Assembly: GCF_006345805.1 (NCBI RefSeq)
Contig: NW_021834373.1
Coordinates: forward strand, 1-49,646
Reading direction: 5' to 3'
Length of the DNA stretch: 49,646 nt
Source: Octopus sinensis
Taxonomy: Eukaryota
Shown: positions 47,473 through 49,646 of the stretch, piece after piece
How positions within the stretch are numbered: the stretch's first letter is position 1
How the letters are laid out: each line of letters starts with the position of its first letter
The notes under the pieces: model-generated
What the model was told of the DNA's origin: nothing
Databases searched by the model: none
The model's input: only the letters and a program-made list of their open reading frames with translations
Program-made: the position numbers and the translations under genes

Positions 47473-49646
47473 ATAATTTCAACAATTGAGGGCAAAATTA
47501 ATTAATTATTAATCAATTTCACCAAGTGTTCAGTATGCAAAGGGACCATTCAAGGCGAATTCAAATTATTACATTATATAAAAGGGCTTAGTAAAATAAA
47601 TTACTTTGCCGCATACTGAACTCATTAGAAATAGCAGCTAAAAACTTTTTTAAGGCTATTTCTAATACTTAAAGAAAATCTCTCTCATATATAGTGTTTG
47701 CATAATTTAACTCACAAAAGTTTGGGGGGTACATCGAAAAATCAAATGCTAAGGTTATTCGAGAACGTACGTTCAAGATAGTCAAAAAACATTTCTATCA
47801 TCGGCTCGGAAATTCTTGGTTTGGATTTGGAGACACTGAAAATAAGAACATACCCTCTCGAAGATCTGCCCAACTAACAGTGCCAGCAAATTCAAAATAA
47901 GCAAGCGAAGAATCTCTGTTCTCCCCTTTCCACCAGCGTGGGTTAAAATCATCAAACTCTATGCTTATTTCGGTAAAGTCCGAAGCATTAATCAGAGGGA
48001 GATTAATTATAATTTCAACAATTGAGGGCAAAATAATTAATTATTAATCAATTTCACCAAGTGTTCAGTATGCAAAGGACCATTCAAGGCGAATTCAAAT
48101 TATTACATTATTAAAAGGGCTTAGTAAAATAAATTACTTTGCCGCATACTGAACTCATTAGAAATAGCAGCTAAAAAACTTTTTTAAGGCTATTTCTAAT
48201 ACTTAAAGAAAATCTCTCTCATATATAGTGTTTGCATAATTTAACTCACAAAAGTTTGGGGGTAATGACATCGAAAAAACAAATGCTAAGGTTATTCGAG
48301 AACGTACGTACGTTTCAAGATTAGTCAAAACAACATTTCTATCATCGGCTCGGAAATTCCTTGGTTGGATTTGGAGACACTGAAAATAAGAACATACCCT
48401 CTCGAAGATCTGCTCCCAACTAACAGTGCCAGCAAATTCAAAATAAGCAAGCGAAGAATCTCTGTTCTCCCCTTTCCACCAGCGTGGGTTAAAATCATCA
48501 AACTCTATGCTTATTTCGTGGTAAAGTCCGAAGCATTAATCAGAGGGAGATTAATTATAATTCAACAATTGAGGGCAAAATTAATTAATTATTAATCAAT
48601 TTCACCAAGTGTTCAGTATGCAAAGGGACCATTCAAGGCGAATTCAAATTATTACATTATATAAAAGGGCTTAGTAAAATAAATTACTTTGCCGCATACT
48701 GAACTCATTAGAAATAGCAGCTAAAAAACTTTTTAAGGCTATTTCTAATACTTAAAGAAAATCTCTCTCATATATAGGTTGCATAATTTAACTCACAAAA
48801 GTTGGGGGTAATGACATCGAAAAATCAAATGCTAAGGTTATTCGAGAACGTACGTTTCAAGATTAGTCAAAACAACATTTCTATCATCGGCTCGGAAATT
48901 CCTTGGTTTGGATTTGGAGACACTGAAAATAAGAACATACCCTCTCGAAGATATGCCCAACTAACAGTGCCAGCAAATTCAAAATAAGCAAGCGAAGAAT
49001 CTCTGTTCTCCCATTTCCACCAGCGTGGGTTAAAATCATCAAACTCTATGCTTATTTCGGTAAAGTCCGAAAGCATAATCAGAGGGAGATTATTATAATT
49101 TCAACAATTGAGGGCAAAATTAATTAATTATTAATCAATTTCCAAGTGTTCAGTATGCAAAGGGACCATTCAAGGCGAATTCAAATATTTACATTATATA
49201 AAAGGGCTTAGTAAAATAAATTACTTTGCCGCATACTGAACTCATTAGAAATAGCAGCTAAAAAACTTTTTTAAGGCTATTTCTACTTAACTTAAAAAAT
49301 CTCTCTCATATATAGTGTTTTGCATAATTTAACTCACAAAAGTTGGGGGTAATGACATCGAAAAATCAAATGCTAAGGTTATTCGAGAACGTACGTTTCA
49401 AGATTAGTCAAAAAACATTTCTATCATCGGCTCGGAAATTCCTTGGTTTGGATTTGGAGACACTGAAAATAAGAACATACCCTCTCGAAGATCTGCTCCC
49501 ACTAACAGTGCCAGCAAATTCAAAATAGCAAGCGAAGAATCTCTGTTCTCCCCTTTCCACCAGGTGGGTTAAAATCATCAAACTCTATGCTTATTTCGGT
49601 AAAGTCCGAAGCATTAATCAGAGGGAGATTAATTATAATTTCAACA
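47473..49646 (+). repeat. Tandem array of ~540-bp units (4 complete copies, continues past the window end)
   Basis: The AACAATTGAGGG anchor recurs at 47481, 48017, 48564 and 49103, and only its first bases (AACA) remain at 49643 (periods 536, 547, 539, 540). Differences are mostly homopolymer indels. Confidence 0.97.

Noticed and set aside
47473-49646. CRISPR array or protein-coding repeat
   Set aside because: Whole units repeat with no unique spacers, and the short ORFs (61-77 aa) change frame between copies.

Overview
AT-rich, microsatellite-dense animal genomic DNA made almost entirely of repeats. I recognise no host protein-coding exon, true tRNA/rRNA gene or CRISPR array. The SINE families resemble those I recall from Octopus (coleoid cephalopod); this is pattern recognition, not a database result. 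Retroelements: a near-full-length Tx1/L1-clade LINE (18.5-23.7 kb), a large RTE/BovB-type LINE remnant (7.0-9.3 kb), a 5'-truncated CR1-group LINE, several R4/Dong-like restriction-endonuclease LINE pieces and about 20 tRNA-derived SINE copies from at least three head families. DNA elements: non-autonomous Helitrons, a decayed Tc1 with 220-bp TIRs and two mariner/pogo-type MITEs. A ~540-bp tandem array runs off the right end. Almost all ORFs in the supplied track are microsatellite translation artefacts. The best leads are: (1) three related families of hammerhead-ribozyme-like motifs, one of them repeated in every unit of the 540-bp array (Penelope-terminus or retrozyme-like); (2) a SINE that seems to insert at GGTATTT, a motif present in its own head, giving head-less concatemers; (3) a non-autonomous RTE derivative (5'UTR fused to 3' end) whose partner LINE is in the same window; (4) RLE-type LINEs that sort by microsatellite type. 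All structures were read by eye and none were computed.
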